64,000 bases of DNA from an uncultured delta proteobacterium (GTDB lineage: Bacteria > Desulfobacterota > RBG-13-43-22): contig CAWDKY010000016.1 of NCBI GenBank assembly GCA_963802945.1, positions 192,001 to 256,000 on the forward strand. Direction: 5' to 3'. Under the pieces are notes generated by a model. It did not search any database, was not told the origin of the DNA, and saw nothing but the letters and a program-made list of their open reading frames with translations. This document shows positions 62,908 to 64,000 of this stretch, one piece after another. Position 1 is the first letter of the stretch, and each line of letters opens with the position of its first letter. The position numbers were made by a program, and so were the translations under genes.

Positions 62908-63702
62908 GTGAATATTTTGGTCTGTCTTAAACAAGTGCCGGATACCGAGGCCCAGATTAAAATCGATTCCGCAGGAAAGGGGATTCAAACCGGGGACATC
63001 AAGTGGGTCATGAATCCGTATGATGAATTCGGAGTGGAAGAAGCCTTGCGCATCAAGGAAAAAGCAGGAGGCAAAGTCACCGTAATCGGTGTCGGTCCCC
63101 AAAGGATGGTCGAATCCTTGCGTACGGCCCTGGCCATGGGAGCGGACGACGCCATCCATGTCGATGACCCTGCAGCCGATGGAGGAGATGCCCTGGCCAC
63201 AGCCCGTGTTTTGGCAGGGGCGATTAAACAAGTCCCTTTTGACCTTATTTTTTGCGGCCTACGGGCCGTGGATGACGATAATGCCCAAGTGGGTGCTGCG
63301 TTGTCCGAATTGTTACAAATCCCCTTATTGTCTGTTATCACCAAAGTGGAAATTTCAGATGATAAGTCCAAGGTAAAGGTTACTCGCCCGGTAGAAGGAG
63401 CCACCTGGGTCTTTGAAACCGCTTTGCCGGCTCTGATTACCGCTCAAAAAGGCTTGAATGAACCTCGCTATGCATCCTTACCAGGGATCATGAAGGCCAA
63501 AAAAAAGCCTTTGGCGGCCAAGAAACTTGGTGATATAGGCCTTTCTCCTGATCAGGTAGGCGAAAAAGGTTCCAAACTGAAAATCCGAACCTTAACCCCA
63601 CCTCCTGAACGCAAAGGAGGAAAAATTATTGAGGGAGAAACCCCCCAGGAAAAAGCAACAATTGTGGTTAAACTTTTACGCGAAGAAGCCAAAATTATTT
63701 AG
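62908..63702 (+). CDS. etfB: Electron transfer flavoprotein beta subunit
   Basis: VCLKQVPDT, MNPYDE, ALAMGAD, NEPRYASLPGIMKAKKK. Confidence 0.95.
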   Translation: MNILVCLKQVPDTEAQIKIDSAGKGIQTGDIKWVMNPYDEFGVEEALRIKEKAGGKVTVIGVGPQRMVESLRTALAMGADDAIHVDDPAADGGDALATARVLAGAIKQVPFDLIFCGLRAVDDDNAQVGAALSELLQIPLLSVITKVEISDDKSKVKVTRPVEGATWVFETALPALITAQKGLNEPRYASLPGIMKAKKKPLAAKKLGDIGLSPDQVGEKGSKLKIRTLTPPPERKGGKIIEGETPQEKATIVVKLLREEAKII

Positions 63703-63718
63703 TGAAGGAGAAAAGGCT

Positions 63719-64000
63719 ATGGCAAAAGGAATATTAGTTATTGCGGAACAAAGAGGGGGATCCCTCCGTAAGATATCGCTAGAACTGGTTAGTGAAGGAC
63801 GGCGTCTGGCCGATCAGTCAGGGCAGCCTTTGGCGGTCGCCGTTTTAGGAAATCAGATCGCCGAGGAAGCAAAAAAGCTGGCCGCTTATGGGGCAGAAAC
63901 CATTTATGTGGCCGATGCCCCCGAATTGGCGGCTTATACGCCGGAAGCTTACACAGCGGTCTTAAGTGAACTCATTAAAGCCAAGGAACCGGATATCGTA
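63719..64000 (+). CDS. etfA: Electron transfer flavoprotein alpha subunit (partial)
   Basis: MAKGILVIAEQRGG...AYGAE; directly follows etfB and runs off the right edge. Confidence 0.88.
   Translation, partial: MAKGILVIAEQRGGSLRKISLELVSEGRRLADQSGQPLAVAVLGNQIAEEAKKLAAYGAETIYVADAPELAAYTPEAYTAVLSELIKAKEPDIV

Overview
This 64-kb window looks like a chromosomal segment of an anaerobic deltaproteobacterium (Desulfobacterota-like). That placement is inferred from the acpS-nnr-CBS-tsaE-lysC-cimA-comEA gene order, system II cytochrome c biogenesis and etfBA. Many conserved genes (glgP, lysC, cimA, livH) are split by single-base indels, often at homopolymers, so most frameshifts are probably sequencing or assembly error. 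Housekeeping blocks (thiD-thiC-birA-purE-endoQ; menA to tsaD; serS, queD, tRNA-Met; liv ABC transporter; etfBA) are interrupted by two accessory hotspots. The first (13.4-19.3 kb) holds hicBA, a C-protein-controlled BamHI-like R-M system between imperfect direct repeats, and vapBC plus brnTA inserted in a duplicated flavoprotein 3' end. The second (52.6-57.1 kb) is an integrase-less integron cassette array with clear attC sites, a repeat-plus-nuclease cassette, a RAYT element and a TA pair. Signals missed by the ORF track: a probable DUF1573 selenoprotein (in-frame TGA in the CGC motif plus a downstream hairpin), a bS22-like 32-aa protein, an LTA-synthase-family gene at the left edge, a highly structured cold-shock gene leader, and nested MITE/palindrome/heptamer repeats.
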